DNA of 64,000 nt, taken from Hypanus sabinus (Eukaryota). Of this stretch, positions 24,635-38,700 are shown one piece after another (within the stretch, counting starts at the first letter, position 1; every line of letters starts with the position of its first letter). A model generated the notes under the pieces. The model was not told the origin of the DNA, made no database searches, and was given only the letters and a program-made list of their open reading frames with translations. The position numbers and the translations under genes were made by a program. The DNA lies in the NCBI RefSeq assembly GCF_030144855.1, contig NC_082731.1:11470001-11534000 (forward strand), written 5' to 3'.

Positions 24635-25870
24635 CAATGGCATACAAGTGTTTGGGAACCCCTGGTCAAAATTTTTGTTACTGTGAATAGCTAAGCGAGT
24701 AAAATATGAACTGATTTCCAAAAGGAATAAAGTTAAAGATGACAGATTTCTTTAATATTATTAGCAAGATTACTCTTTTTTTAATTTCCACATTTTACAG
24801 ATTCAAGATAGCAACAAAGGAAAAGGGCCCTGAGCAAAAGTTTGGACATCCTGCATGGCAGTACTTAGTAACACCCACTTTAGCAACTATCACAGCTTGT
24901 AAATGTTTTTTGTAGCCAGCTAAGAGTCTTTCAATTCTTGTTTGGGGGATTTTCGTCCATTCTTCCATACGAAAGTTTCTAGATCTGTGAGATTCTTGGG
25001 ATGTCTTGCATGTTTCTATTTTACCTTCATCAGTCCACAGGACTTGTTTCCAAAATGCATCAGGCTTGTTTCAATGTTCCTTTGAACCTTTTGATTAGAA
25101 CTCCTTGGCCGCAATGAGCAGAGGTATATTTGGAGAAAAAAGGGTGCAGAATTTCATGAAAAGAACACCTCTTGCACTGCTAAGCACGGGGGTGGATCGA
25201 TCATGTGTTGAGCTTGTGTTGCTGCCAGTGGCACGGGAAACATTTACTAGTAGAGGGAAGAATGAATTCAATTAAATGCCAGCAAATTCTGGAAGCAAAC
25301 ATCACACCGTCTGTAAAAAAGCCGAAGATAAACAGAGGATGGCTTCTACAACTGGATAATGATCCTAAACACACCTCAAAATCGACAATGGTCTACCTCA
25401 AGAGGCACAACCTGAAGATTTTGCAATGGACCTTACAGTCCCCTAAACTAAACATCATGAAGAATCTGTGGATAGACCTCAAAACAGCAGTGTATGCAAG
25501 AGCACCCAAGAACTTCACAGAAATAGAAACCTTTTGCAAGGAGGAATGGGTGAAAATCCCTCAAACAGGAATTGAAAGACTCGTAGCTGGCTACGAAAAG
25601 TGTTTACAAGCTGTCAGACTTGCCAACGGGGGTGTTACCAAGTACTGCCATGCAGAGAGCACAAACATTCGCTGCTTCATGCCCTTTTCCTTTTTTTGCT
25701 ATTTTGAAACTGTAAAAGATGAAAACAAAAAGTTTTCTTGCTTAAAATATTAAATAAATGTATCATCCTGATCCTTATGCCTTTTGTAAATCAGTTCATC
25801 TTTTACTCTATTAGCTATTCACAGTAAAATAAATTTAGACCAGGGGTGCCTAAACTTTTGCATGCCTCTG
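24635..25870. mobile_element. Tc1 (IR/DR, Passport-like) composite of two opposed 3' halves
   Basis: TA at 24633-24634 and 25871-25872; arm 24635-~25011 is an inverted copy of ~25495-25870; plus ORF 25205-25753 has LQLDNDPKHT...SPKLNIMKNLW (third catalytic E replaced by K). Confidence 0.85.
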
Positions 25871-26519
25871 TATGCAATTGCAATAATACAGGGATATGAA
25901 AGGGCTTTATTCTGCAATAACTCCTGCGTGAGCATGAGAAACATTTTGGGAAGAATATCAATGGGCTCATATACTTTGTACGTTTCCAATCAGCATCTGA
26001 TCATTATATCTCAGGTATAAAGGAGCTGGTGTATTTATCACTTCATCTGAATGTCGTGCCATTTGATGTAATGTTAATCTGCAGTTGTACTGTCTCTTCA
26101 TATCATTTCCATTCAATCATATTCAGGCAGCACTTAACCTAAAACCAGATTATCACCATCCATATATGTTCTGAACAGAAGGGAATGAGTCTGTCACCAT
26201 CAAACCTGACAGTCTCCAGTGCGCCTGAATCTGCAGACATCAAGACGGGTGTAAGATCATTCTTCCTTGTATTGTCGCTGACCCTGTCCCGAGATCTTAT
26301 GAGGATCAACTGGTCGGCATACTTTCAAAACATTTTAACCTCTCCCTGTTCTAAGCTGTGGTTCACTCCTGCTTTAAGAAGACACTATCATGCTAGTAAC
26401 CCACCTCTGCAAAAAAAAAACAAAAAAAACAACAACAAAATATCAAGATAATGGACCTTAACAACTGTTGTCGATGAGGTCTGACTGTCATGTATTTGAG
26501 TGGCTTCTCAGGCCACACA

Positions 26520-28180
26520 ACATCTCCGAATTTGCCAGTCAACCTCGACTCACTGTAATTTGTCTAATAAGCTGCATCAAACGCCATCACCCTGGGCCTA
26601 AAATCATCCCTGGAGCATCTGCACAAGACACATACCTACGTCAGACTATGTTTATTATGTACAGATTCCTTCAATGCTATTATTCCAAAGAAATTCAACA
26701 CCAGACTCTAGACCCTGGAAGTCAGAGCTTCGCTCTGCTCTGAGACTGGATACATCGAATTCTAACCAACAGACTACAGCTGTAAGGATAGGCAGCAACA
26801 TCTCCACCATGATTATTCTAAACACGGGTTCTCAACAATGTTGCGACCTCAGCTGCTTATTGTACTACATGACTGCGTAGCCAGATTCTGTTCTAACTAC
26901 ATCTACAAGTTTGAAGATGATACCACTGAGGTGGGCTGCATCTCAAATAATGATGAGACAGAGTTCAGAAATTTTACCATACATCACCATATGTCGTGAA
27001 ATTTGTTGCTTAGTGGCAATGGAATTGTACAAAACATGCAATAAGCTAAAAGTGCAAAAGAGACATAGTAAGACAGTGTTTTTAATTTAATGGGCTGTTC
27101 AGTAATCAGATGGAGGAGTGTAAAAATCTGTTCTTAGAACGTTGAGTGTGCATCTTTAGGTTTGTGTACTTCACCCTGATGTTAGTAATGAGAAGAAGAC
27201 ACGTCTCGACGATTAGAGTTGACAGATGGAGTCTTCTCGAGATAGTCTTTTAGAGATGTTCTCAATGGCAGACAAGCCTTTTCCAACGAAAGAGCTGACT
27301 GCATCTACAAACATCTGCATCCTCTTTCGATCTGATCCTTCACCACACTTAGTGATGCAACCAGTCCTAATGCTCTCCGCAGTACAAATGTAGAAATTTG
27401 CTCGAGTCTTTGGCAACTTTACATATCTCCCGAAACTCCTAATGAAGTATGGCCTCTGGTGTGCTTTCTTTCTGATTGCAATACAATGTCAAGCCCCAGA
27501 ATAGATCGTTGGTGATGCTGACGGTCAGGAACTTGAAGCGGCACTCTGAGATTTTGACGTCCTAGAAGATGAAGGAGATAGACAGCATAGAGGCATGGAA
27601 TCATGACAATATTTCCCCCAATAACAACAAAACAAACGAATTTGGTTATTTACTTAAGAAAGGGAGAAGGGACTTGCTCCTCTATACATTAACTGCTCAT
27701 GAGACAGCTGAGAGGTTTAGGTTCCTAAAGGATTATATTGCCAATAGACTTCCTGCTCTAACGGCCTAAATGCCAGGCCGAGAAAGCTCAGCAACACCTC
27801 TACTTACAGTGGAAGACAAAGGAAATTGGAATCTCGATGTTCATTTTGTCAACTTTTATCGAAGCATTACAGAGAGCATGCTGGCTGGATGCAATGCAGC
27901 TTCGAATGATAACGCTCTACACGTGACCTCAAGAAACTGCAGAGTTCTGGACACAACTCAGCACATGACGTGAATCAGCCTCCCCTCTTTGGAATCTGTC
28001 CATACGTCTTCACTCTCTTAGTAAAGCAACCAACATAATCAAAGAATCCTCCTCCCCGCTCCCCAGACATGCTATTATCTCCGTTTTCCCACTGGGCAGA
28101 AGATACCAGGTTTAAGAAGTACTTCTACCTTGCTGTTATACAACTGCTGAATAAGATGGACTCTAGATCTCACCATCTGC
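26520..28180. mobile_element. Cluster of Rex1/Babar-like LINE fragments in both orientations
   Basis: Plus RT remnant IYKFEDDTTEVGCISNNDETEFR near 26900-26970; minus 3' end 26990-27570; plus 3' end 27800-28180. Confidence 0.65.
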
Positions 28181-28589
28181 CTCTTTGCGACTTTGCACCT
28201 TATTTACTATAGATGTTCTGCGTCTTGCGACACTTTTCCCTGCACCCCTTATGTTTTACTTTCGGTTGGCTCAACACACTGTTGCAATGAATTAATTCAG
28301 TGGACAGTATGCTACACAAGGTTTGTACTATACCTTAATATATGTGGCTGTAATAAATCAACTTATCATTTTACCAATTTAATATGATGAATTATACTGT
28401 GCACTGCTTCACGCGTTCCTAGGGTAAGCAAGCGTTATCATCCATGTGTCTAAACACAAAGCATGAATCGTGCTTTGATATATCTAAACTGTTGTTTTCT
28501 CGTTCAGAAATATGAATGTGGAGCGGTAGGAGCTGTTCTTAAAAAGGGGAGTACAGGTGTACAGTCGACTGGACCTCTGAGCCTACGTA

Positions 28590-29029
28590 CGAGGGGTGAT
28601 TAATAAGTTGAAGGCCTAAGGTAGAGGGGATGGGTTATACAGCTTTCTTTAAATGCAGATGCAGTTCAGCTCTTTGAGTGGTTATGCAGAAAGTTTGTTG
28701 TAAACTCATCAAACATGATTGAAAAGTTCGTGCCCTACGGTAGAAGGAGATGAGTTTTATTAACTTCAAACTTTCTGCATAATCACCCAAAGTGTTGTCT
28801 TGCATGTGCATGTAACAAAAGCTGTATAACTCATCTCCTTCTACCTCAGGCAACGAACCTATCAATCACCCACCTGTGGACACTTTCTGGAGGTCCAATA
28901 ACCATATGCCCCACGACCGCTGAACTAACTGTGTAAATGTAGGAGTCGACTATGCTGAAAATTAAATGCGCTAGGTTTTCTCAAATTGCCTCCTTCTACC
29001 TTAGGCCAGAAAATATCAATCCCTCCTCG
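28590..29029. mobile_element. Mariner-type MITE
   Basis: TA flanks 28588-28589 and 29030-29031; inverted termini cgaggggtgatt...ggcctaaggtaga; extra internal copies at 28716-28753 (+) and 28830-28871 (-). Confidence 0.7.
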
Positions 29030-29031
29030 TA

Positions 29032-29290
29032 ACACATACAAAATGTTGGAGGACCTCAGCAGGTCCTTTATCTTCTCCACCTATCACTTCTTCGTTTCTT
29101 ACTCAACTCCTTTCACCTTTCTATCCACCGTACCCCTCATCTGTTTTCTGCTATAACCTGCCAGCTTGTACTCTTCTTTTCCCAACTATGTTATTCTGGT
29201 TCCTTTCCTCCGTTGGTTTGAAACATCTATCTTGAATGCTGTCCAACTTGCTGAATTACTTCAGCATTCCGTGTGCGTTGTTGGAAATTT
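29032..29290. repeat. Short element with opposed Penelope-type termini
   Basis: acacatacaaaatgttggaggacctcagcagg matches the reverse complement of cttgctgaattacttcagcattccgtgtgcgtt. Confidence 0.5.
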
Positions 29291-29419
29291 GTTTTGTTTT
29301 CTCATCACAGAAAACCACTGAGGGCAAATGTTCCATTTTGGAGATCTGTTACAAGGTTATGAAACTAGAATGCGATACGACCTGACTTCAATGTTTAGGA
29401 AGATGTTGGAGGCCGTAAA

Positions 29420-32400
29420 TAAGGATGAGGTTCGGGTATTGTAGGCACATGATTAGATACTGCCAAACTCAGCATGGTTTTTGAAAGATTTGTTTGCCTG
29501 TTTGCCTGCCAAACTGTTAGCAAGCTGCACCTGCACTCTAAGAGAAAGCTGTGGAGGAGGCGCTGCAAGCCTGTCCAGGCACTCCTTGTTAACTGGATGA
29601 CATCATTGTTACCAGTAAAGGTGACAAGGAACATCTCCAAAATCTCAAGAATGTGTTATAAAAATTAGTAGATGATGTCCTTAGAGCATGATGCTGCAAG
29701 TGTGAATTCTTTAAAGCAAGCATCTCTTTCTGTGGTCACACCATCAATGCAAAATTAATACACAAATGTGCTGATAAAATTCAAGCAGCTTTGGAAACCC
29801 CAGGGCCAAAGGAGGTGTCACGGTTTTTAATTATTTTAATAGGCTCCTACCAAACAGGGCTATTGAGCTCCATCCTTTGAACTCATTACTACAGATCAAA
29901 GAGTGGCAATGAACAAAGCAATGTGAGGTGGCTTTCCAGGGGGTCAAGCTAAATGGTGACGTTAAGCACAGTACTCACATATCAAGTCCACATCATCCAG
30001 TGAAGTTTATTTATGATGCCTCGCCTTATGGTATAAGTTAAGAGTGATGAAAGTGAACGCCCCATAGCTATTGTATTATCTTCTCTGCCGCAGCAGATTA
30101 ACAGAGAAGCCTTGAGTCTGGTTTGAGGTGTAAAACGTTTCAAATAGTAGCCCTATGGGAGAGAGTTTATGCTTATTGCTGCTGATCAACCACTGGTGTC
30201 ATTTTCCATACACAAAAGGATGTTCCACTAACAACAACAAGCAACAGCACGAATGCAGAGATGGGCTCTGTTTCCTGGTGGACATGAGTACAAGATCGAA
30301 TTCAAGAGGACAACTAATCAGGGGCATGCATTGTCCCGTTTACACTTGGAAAAGGAAATATTTGAAAAATTTACAAAAGAGGACATTCCCCTTCATATCT
30401 TCTCCCAGATACAAATCGAAAGTCTCTCCATTATGGCAGAGATTATCCAAAGAGTAACCGCAAAAGACCTCACGTTGTCTCAGGGAAACTTAAAATGATA
30501 GAAATGAGCCCCAGAAATTTGAATTCCTCTATTTTGTGTTGGATGAATTACATACTATTAATCAAAATTAGATTGAGTCTGACAGTAGTAGTGAGGTTGG
30601 GGATGGCATTAAATAGGAAATTAGAAATGCGTACAATAAAGGAACAGTAGTTATAATGGATGACTTCGATCTACATATAGATTGGGTGAACCAAATTGGT
30701 AAAGGTGTTGAGGAAGATGATTTCTAGGAATGTATGTGGGATGGTTTTCTGAACCAACATGTCGAGGAAGCAGCTAGAGAGCAGACCATTGTACATTGGG
30801 TATTGAGCAATGCGGAAGGGTTAGTTAGTAATCTTGTTGTGCGAGACCCATTGGGTAAGAGTGACCATAATATGGTGGAATTCTTCATTAAGATGGAGAA
30901 TGACATAGTTAATTCAGAAACAAAGATTCTGAACTTAAAGTAAGGTAACTTTGAAGGTATGGGACGTGAATTAGCTAAGATAGACTGGCAAATGATACTT
31001 AAACAGTTGACAGTGGATATGTAATGGCAAGCATTTAAAGATCGCATGGATGAACTACAACAATTGTTCATCCCAGATTGGCAAAAGAATAAACCAGGTA
31101 AGGTAGTGCACCCGTGGCTGACAAGGGAAGTTAGGGATAGTATCAGGTCCAAAGAAGAAACATATAAGTTAGCAAACAACAAAGCGGCACACTTGAGGTC
31201 TAGCAGAAATTCAGAGACCAGCAGAGGAGGACAAAGGGATTAATTAGGAAAGGGAAAAAAGATTATGAGAGAAAGCTGGCAGGGAACATGAAAACTGACT
31301 GTAAAAGCTTTTATGTGAAAAGAAAAAGATTGGTCAATACAAATGTAGGTCCCTTACAGTCAGAAACAGGTGAATTGATCAAAGGGAACAAAGACATGGC
31401 AGACCAATTGAATAATCACTTTGGTTCTGTCTTCACTAAGGAGGACACAAATAATCTTCCAGAAATAGTAAGGGATCGAGGGTCTAATGAGATGGAGGAA
31501 CTGAGGGAAATACATGTTAGTAGGGAAGTGGTATTAGGTAAATTGAAGGGATTAAAGGCTGAGAAATCCCCAGGGCCAGATGGTCTGCATCCTAGAGTGC
31601 TTAAGGAAGTAGCCTAAGAAATAGTGGATGCATTAGTGATAATTTTTCAAAACTCCTTAGATTCTGGATTAGTTCCTGAGGATTGAAGGATGGCTAATGT
31701 AACCCCACTTTTTAAAAAAGGAGGGAAAGGAAAACCTGCGAATTATAGACTGGTGAGTCTGACATCGGTGGTGGGAAAAATGCTAGAGTCGGTTATCAAA
31801 GATGTGATAATAGCACATTTGGAAAGAGGTGAAATCATCGGAAAAAGTCAGCATGGATTTGTGAAAGGAAAATCATGTCTGACGAATCCGAAAGAATTTT
31901 TTTGAAGATGTAACTAGTAGAGTGGATAGGGGAGAGCCAGTGGATGTGGCATATTTAGATTTTCAAAAGGCTTTTGACAAGGTCCCACACAGGAGATTAG
32001 TGTGCAAACCTAAAGCACATGGTATTGGGGGTATGGTATTGATGTGGATAGAGAATTGGTTGGCAGTCAGGAAGCAAAGAGTGGGAGTAAACGGGACCTT
32101 TTCAGCATAGCAGGCAGTGACTAGTGGGGTACCGCAAGGCTCAGTGCTGGGACCCCAGTTGTTTACAATCTATATTAATGATTTAGACGAGGGAATTAAA
32201 TGCAGCATCTTCAAGTTTGCGGATGACACGAAGCTGGGCGGTGGTGTTAGCTGTGAAGAGGTTGCTAAGAGGATGCAGGGTGATTTGGATAGGTTACGTG
32301 AGTGGGAAAATTCATGGCAGATGCAATTTAATGTGGATAAATGTGAGATTATCCACTTTGGTTGCAAGAACAGGAAAACAGATTATTATCTGAATGGTGG

Positions 32401-33630
32401 CCGATTAGGAAAAGGGAAGGTGCAACGAGACCTGAGTGTCATTGTACACTAGTCATTGATATGGGCATGCAGGTACAGCAAGCGGTGAAAAAGGCAAACG
32501 TTATGTTGGCATTCATAGCAAAAGGATTCGAGTACAGGAGCAAGGAGGTTCAACTGCAGTTGTACAAGTCCTTGGTGAGACTGCACCTAGAGTATTGTGT
32601 GCAGTTTTGGTCCCCTAATCTGAGGAAAGACATTCTTGCCTTAGCGGGAGTACAAAGAAGGCTCACCAGATTGATTCCCGGGATGGTAGGACTTTCATCT
32701 GAAGAAAGACTGGATCGACTAGCCTTTTACTCACTGGAATTTAGAATATTGAGGAGGGAGCTTATTGAAACGTATAAAATTCTAAAGGGATTAGACAGGC
32801 TAGATGCAGGATGATTGTTTCCGATGTTAGGGAAGTCCAGAACGAGGCGTCACAGTTTAAGGATAAAGGGGAAGCCTTTTAGGGCCGAGATGAGGAAAAA
32901 CTTCTTCACACAGAGAGTGGTGAATCTGTTAAATTCTGTGCCACAGGAAACAGTTGAGGCCGGTTCACTGGCTATTTTTAAGAGGAAGTTAGATATGGCC
33001 CTTGTGGCTAAAGGGATCAGGGGGTATGTAGAGAAAGCAGGTACAGGGTTCTGAGTTGGATGATCAACCATGTTCATTCTGATTGGCGGTGCAGGCTCGA
33101 AGGTCCGAATGGCCTACTCCTGCACCTACTTTCTATTTTTCTGTGATTGTTGGCTTGAAGCTCTATTTGGTGGCTTGTGATTGATGAGCAGATCAAGCAG
33201 CTAGCCACACCCTATTCGGAATGTAACACATCCAAAGATACCCAGGGCAGTTCACCTCCATCCTTGGTAATGGCCCGCATTGCCCTGGGAGAGGAATCAT
33301 ATGAAGCTTTCCAAAGTGCCCAGAAGTTCTCCTAATTGTCTCCATTACAACCTCGAATTGTTCACAAGTTGAACTCTTCTCAAGAACTGGTGCTCCAGAG
33401 CACTTTGTCATTGTCGATGAAGCACAGTTTGTTACAGAACATTTTCAGCCATTCCGGAAAATGATTGGAATAAGACATACAGGTATTACATCTGCACCCA
33501 TCCACAAATTGCTTGTCAGAAAGTTTTAGCCAGAGACTAAAAAAAACGACATACGAGCAATGTCAGCAGAACACAGTATACTGTATCAGCAGCTTGCCAA
33601 TTTTCCCTTTGCATATCGCTACTAAACAGT
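29420..33630 (+). mobile_element. Decayed Ty3/gypsy pol (RT-RNase H, then integrase) split by a CR1 insertion
   Basis: LDDIIVT-like RT motif near 29595; DASPYG RNase H motif near 30015; after the CR1, integrase residues WWLVIDEQIKQLA and LHPW*WPALPWER resume at about 33170. Confidence 0.7.
30578..33145 (+). mobile_element. CR1 LINE, 5'-truncated (endonuclease end, RT, 3' tail)
   Basis: PLGKSDHNMVEF; YLDFQKAFDKVPH; SGVPQGSVLGP; KFADDTKL; FFTQRVVNL; tail ggcctactcctgcacctac; many stops and frameshifts. Confidence 0.92.
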
Positions 33631-34544
33631 TATGTTGTTCCTTAGTCGTCGCTTGCTCTTACACTTATATATCCGCAAACCCAATCTCAGAAGGGGTATG
33701 CAGGACAAAAAGCTGAGATAAATTGAGGGCTCCTCAAACAAGGAACCCAGAACCTGAGATTCTTTACATATAAGTTAATATATGTAATATAATATATAAG
33801 GTGACTGTAGAGCAATACGTTACACATTTGAGTTCAGATACATTTTATATCATGTTCGAGTTTATAGCTAGGCAGGGACGAATGTAGTGTATTTAATATT
33901 TCACTAATATTAGAGTAATATTGAAAATATATTGATTAATTGAGCATCCTTTCTTTGTTCACATAATTCAATCTTTCATATGTGAACGCCTCGCAAAAGA
34001 AAGTTTAAAAAAATATTAGACAAGTATCCTTGCTCCTAATTTTTCTTTCAATTAGATTGACAGTACAGAGCATAATATTTGCCAATTCTTCGTCCCATCC
34101 AAACCTTAACCCCAGCAGATAAAGTGATAGACAGAAAATGTGGATTTGCTTTGTCACATGGAGTGTAATTTTGAAAAGTACTGGAAAAAAATTATATATT
34201 AGAGAAAAGTGAACATGAGCCCTCAAATCCTGATTTCAGTAACTATGGAACAAAAAACATATTGAGGTATCCATTTTCGGACATCAATAAACGCTTGCTG
34301 GAAGATATATATAATTACATACATTGCGAGATGCAGGTGGCTGCAGGTGGAGGTCGTGGTGGCGGCAAGTTCGGACATATAAAATGGTGGCAGGCAGGTA
34401 TTACTTGTGTCGAGTTTTAGGTGAATGAACAATAGCACATTTGTCTCCAATTTAGCATAGTGTTAATAGGTGCTCATGGTATAGTCTCCTGTACATTTGC
34501 AAGCTAAATGCTAATTGTGTAAGTGACACAATGCTAAATGCTAA

Positions 34545-35790
34545 TTGACTAAGTGCAGTCTGCCTAGTATCCTATAAAGGCACAGCATTTTCTCCCTGTT
34601 TGATATTCTATTCCCCTTGAAATGATCGCCAACATTGCATTTGCCTTCTTTACACCAAACTCAACCTGAAAATTGATCCTCTGGAAGCTTTGCACCAGGA
34701 CTCCTAGGTCTTTTTGCACCTATGATGTTTGAACCTTCTCGCACTATTGCTCCTTTTACCAAAATGCAATATCATAAATTTCCGAACACTGTACTCCATC
34801 TGCCACTTTTTGTCCATTCTTCAATTAGTCTATATCCTGCTGCAATCGCATTGCTTTCTCAGCATTACCTACCCGCCCACCTACTTACGTATCATCCGCA
34901 AACTTTGCCACAAAGCTATCAATTCCATCATCGAAGTCATCGACAAACAATGTGAAAAGCAGCGGTCCCAATACTGACACCTGAGGAACACCACTAGTCA
35001 CTGGCAGCCAACCAGAAAAGACCTCTATTATTCCTACTCGCTGCCTCCTGCCTGTACCCGCTAACCATGCCAGTATCTTTCTTGTAACGCCATGGTATTT
35101 TATCCTGTAAAGCAGCCTCATGTGTAGCACATCATCAAACGCCTTCTGATAATCAAAGCATATTACATCCACTGCCTCTTCTTTCTCCACCCTACTTGCT
35201 ACTTCCTCGAAGAACTCTTAACAGATATGTCGGGAAAGATTTCCCGTTTAAGAATGGGACTTCCTGTAACCCATGAAGACTTTCACTTTTTTTAATCATT
35301 GGTCTCCAAGTACTGCGAAGCCTCATCCTTAATAATAGACTCCAACATTTTCCTAACCGCTCGAGTTAGGCTAACTGGCCTGTAATTTCCTTGCGTTTGC
35401 CCCTCCCTCCGCTTTCTTAGAGGAGTGACACTTGCCATCGTGCAGTCCTCTGGGACCATGCCAGAATCTGGTGATTCCTGAAAGATCATGACTAAAGCAT
35501 CCGTTATCTCTTCAGCAACCTCTCTCAAACCATCTGGCCCAGGTGACTTGCCAACCTTAGAACCTTTGAGCTTGCTCAGCACTTTTTCCTTAGTAATAAC
35601 AATTACACTCACCCCTGCTGCCTGACCCTCACGGACTACAGGTACACTGCTCGTGTCGTCCATAGTGAAGACACATGCGAAGTACCCATTAAGTTCATCA
35701 GCCATTTCTTTGACTCTATTACTACCTTACCAGCATAATTTTCCAGTGGTCCAATATTAGCTCTCACCTCCCTTTTACTTTTTATTTAAC
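34545..35790 (-). mobile_element. CR1 LINE RT fragment
   Basis: [27 protein letters not shown] (34885-35190); KSPGPDGL and NYRPVSLT (35292-35705). Confidence 0.85.
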
Positions 35791-38700
35791 TGATATATCA
35801 TGCCCAGCATTCCTCTGCTAGATGCATCTTTACAATCCAGTTTCTACTGCTAATATCTTTCAAGGTGTCATTGTGTCCGTCCAGTCGACGCAATTTCACT
35901 TTGCTGACTTTGTTACTTGCCCTTTCTTGGCAATGTACGCAATTAAAGCAATAGCAAACTCCACCATTCAGTAGGGTCAAAGCTGATTCTCTTTCCTCTA
36001 CAGCAAATCCGTGATTACTATCAATTTAGTCTGGAATATTCCCATCACCGGAACCTCAACGACTAGTTTGGACGGAGAATTCCAAGTAGTCCCTACCAGT
36101 TGCTTGAAACGCATTCGATGTTTTTTTAAACAGAAGCATCATCAAGTCCTAATTATTCCGTGAAGCCCCTCGTGGTTTCTTGTACCGCCAATGCTGTGCG
36201 TCACATTTTCTTTTATTTGAGAGAGAGTTTTTCTAGTACCTTAACAGTCGACTCCCAATGTCGCCTCGCCAACTAGCGACTGATGCTAAGAATAGACATG
36301 ATGTGCTCCAGTTATCCGGGAAATTGACAGAATGCTTCAGTTTATTAACGAGAAACTGGAAACAGAATAAGGGATGTTTGCTACAGTTTTACTGGACATT
36401 GTTGAGATAACACCTGAAAATCTGTTTACAGACATACATTGCATCTTTGGAAATAAAGGCTCGCTGAATTGATAGATGTAACGGTGGGGCTGGGTAACCT
36501 GTCTTAAAATGGAATACTGAACAGGTTGCGAATGCATTCCCTCGGCTTTCAGAGAGTAGGAAGCAACAATTGAAAAAAAATATAAGATCTCGACGATTTT
36601 TGACAATATGCATGTGGACATGCCGTGTTCTGTAGAAGTCGGATGTAAATAAAGATCGCTACCTAAATTTGAGAATTGGCAAATATGACAGTTCACTGTT
36701 CTCTTTCTTTTTGTTCTTTCCCTCTCCCCCCTCATCCCTCTCTCTATTCTGTCACTCTTTTACTGCTTTTTTTCTCAGTCTGTTTGTCTCTGTTTCTCAG
36801 ACAAATACACACTCATACAGACCGTCTGCATCTCATCTCGCGCGCGTGCTCACTCTCTCTCTCTCTCCAAAACAATTTTTCATTTATAACTTCCACACTT
36901 CTAATTCGAGGTTATCAAATTCAAATGTCAACATTGAATCTTTCCTATTGAAGCAGCGAGCTGCTGATTATTTCCAGTGTTTCCTGCTTTTGAGTTCAGT
37001 TGCATCCTATGGAACCCAACTGTAGGAAAGTTTTATTGCTGACCACAGTTAATGCAGCAAGCACGTAATTCAGCAAGCATTCACAAATGCTGAATTTCAC
37101 GGATGCTTGTAACTCTTTGCAAAATAACAGACGTGTATGACTGTAGCACAAAACGGGCCAGATGGCACTACGTCTGGAAGAGGCATAAAGGGATTTCATT
37201 GTGAATCGTGGTTCTTCTGAGCTATGGTTTTATTTATAAGAATATTCTCTCTGGGCATTGAGTGTTGAATTGGTGAAATGATATCGGTGGCCAAATGTGT
37301 ACAAAACGGAGAGTTCCATTGTCTTTTCTACACTTTATAAGAATAAGAGTGATTGCATTGAAGTGTGAAATGTGAATAAAATTTATGTTAAAACTAAGGC
37401 TGGTTGTTGTATTCTATAAAAGGATATGAATAAAATGGGGAGATGTGAGTAAAACCTCCAATTTTGGGAAATTTTGGGTAGGTAGAGACCAAGAGCTTTT
37501 ATTTTTTTTTTAGATGAACGTGTGGGTATTCATCAGATAAGGCGTATAAATGGATTTAGAACACAAAAACGTTGAACATGATGAATACTTAAATCTTGTC
37601 TTGGTATACTTACAATGATCACAGGATGGCAGTAACATGGTCTACCTGAAATGACATATATTCCAGTCCATAAGGTAGAATTGGAAATATTAAATTCAAA
37701 TTCTTATGGTATTCCAGTTCTTTTAAATGTTTGGATTCAATTACGGTAGATTATGAACTTTCTAAAGACGAGGATCCTAAATGTTTCATGATTATGGTCA
37801 AGAAGTTCAGTTTATGACACTGGAGCCAACTGGGGAAGAAGAAGAGATATTCGTTCCTACACAGCATGGGCGAGCAAAATTAATTTTCTTCCTGTTTTTT
37901 TAGCTCATGCCTAGCGATCTGCCAAAGCGAACTTTAAAATAAATCCATTTATTTTTAATGAGATGATGATCTCAAGTTCTCGAGTTGCCGTGGTTGGATT
38001 CTAACTCATATTGCTGGCTCTTAGTCCAATGGCCCATAGGTTTTGAAATTAACCAATTATTCTATCAAAGCTCACTCATTTTTCTTTCCTTCACCCACTT
38101 TCAGAGCAACATGCCCGAACCTTAAACCGGCAAAGGAACTCAGCAAGCTAGGGAGCATTTATTGAGTGGAAATATCTACACTCCTGTTCCTTTCACCCTA
38201 AATCCTTTTCTATTCACTTTTCCATGTTTTGCGACCACACAACATGCTCTATTGCCATGGACTCATCTGTCTCACGAGAGCGACGACGTCCAATTAGATG
38301 TCATTGCCGAGTCATTCACTCATTGGTGGAAATAAATTCTCGTGTTCCAGAATCCCAATTCTGTAATCAGCAAACTGTCGAGAACTCCTTACTTTCACAT
38401 AGACTAATTGTGACGGACCCCAATAATTGAAGGTCATCTTTTTTATGGAGTTAAGTCGTGGATGAACTTGCAAACTTTTGATAAGGATGATCGCGGAGAA
38501 ACGGGACCCTACTTGGATGTTCATATGGCAACGTGCATTCACCAGGAAGAGAAAAAGTGAGTTCATCGGTTAGCAGAGCTGATGGGTTATTTGCAGATTT
38601 TCTCGTCTCTGTTGCAGTTGTCAAGCGGTTTTATTTTCACTCCTGGTCGTTTTTGACATCTCCACTCTTGAATGCTTGAAACCTCGTTGAACAGAAGAGT

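Noticed and set aside
36337-37025. ORFs of 118-132 aa on both strands
   Set aside because: Arise from CT-rich low-complexity sequence; no domain similarity
38462-38562. Plus-strand open frame ending at a GTGAGT donor
   Set aside because: No convincing acceptor, partner exons or homology
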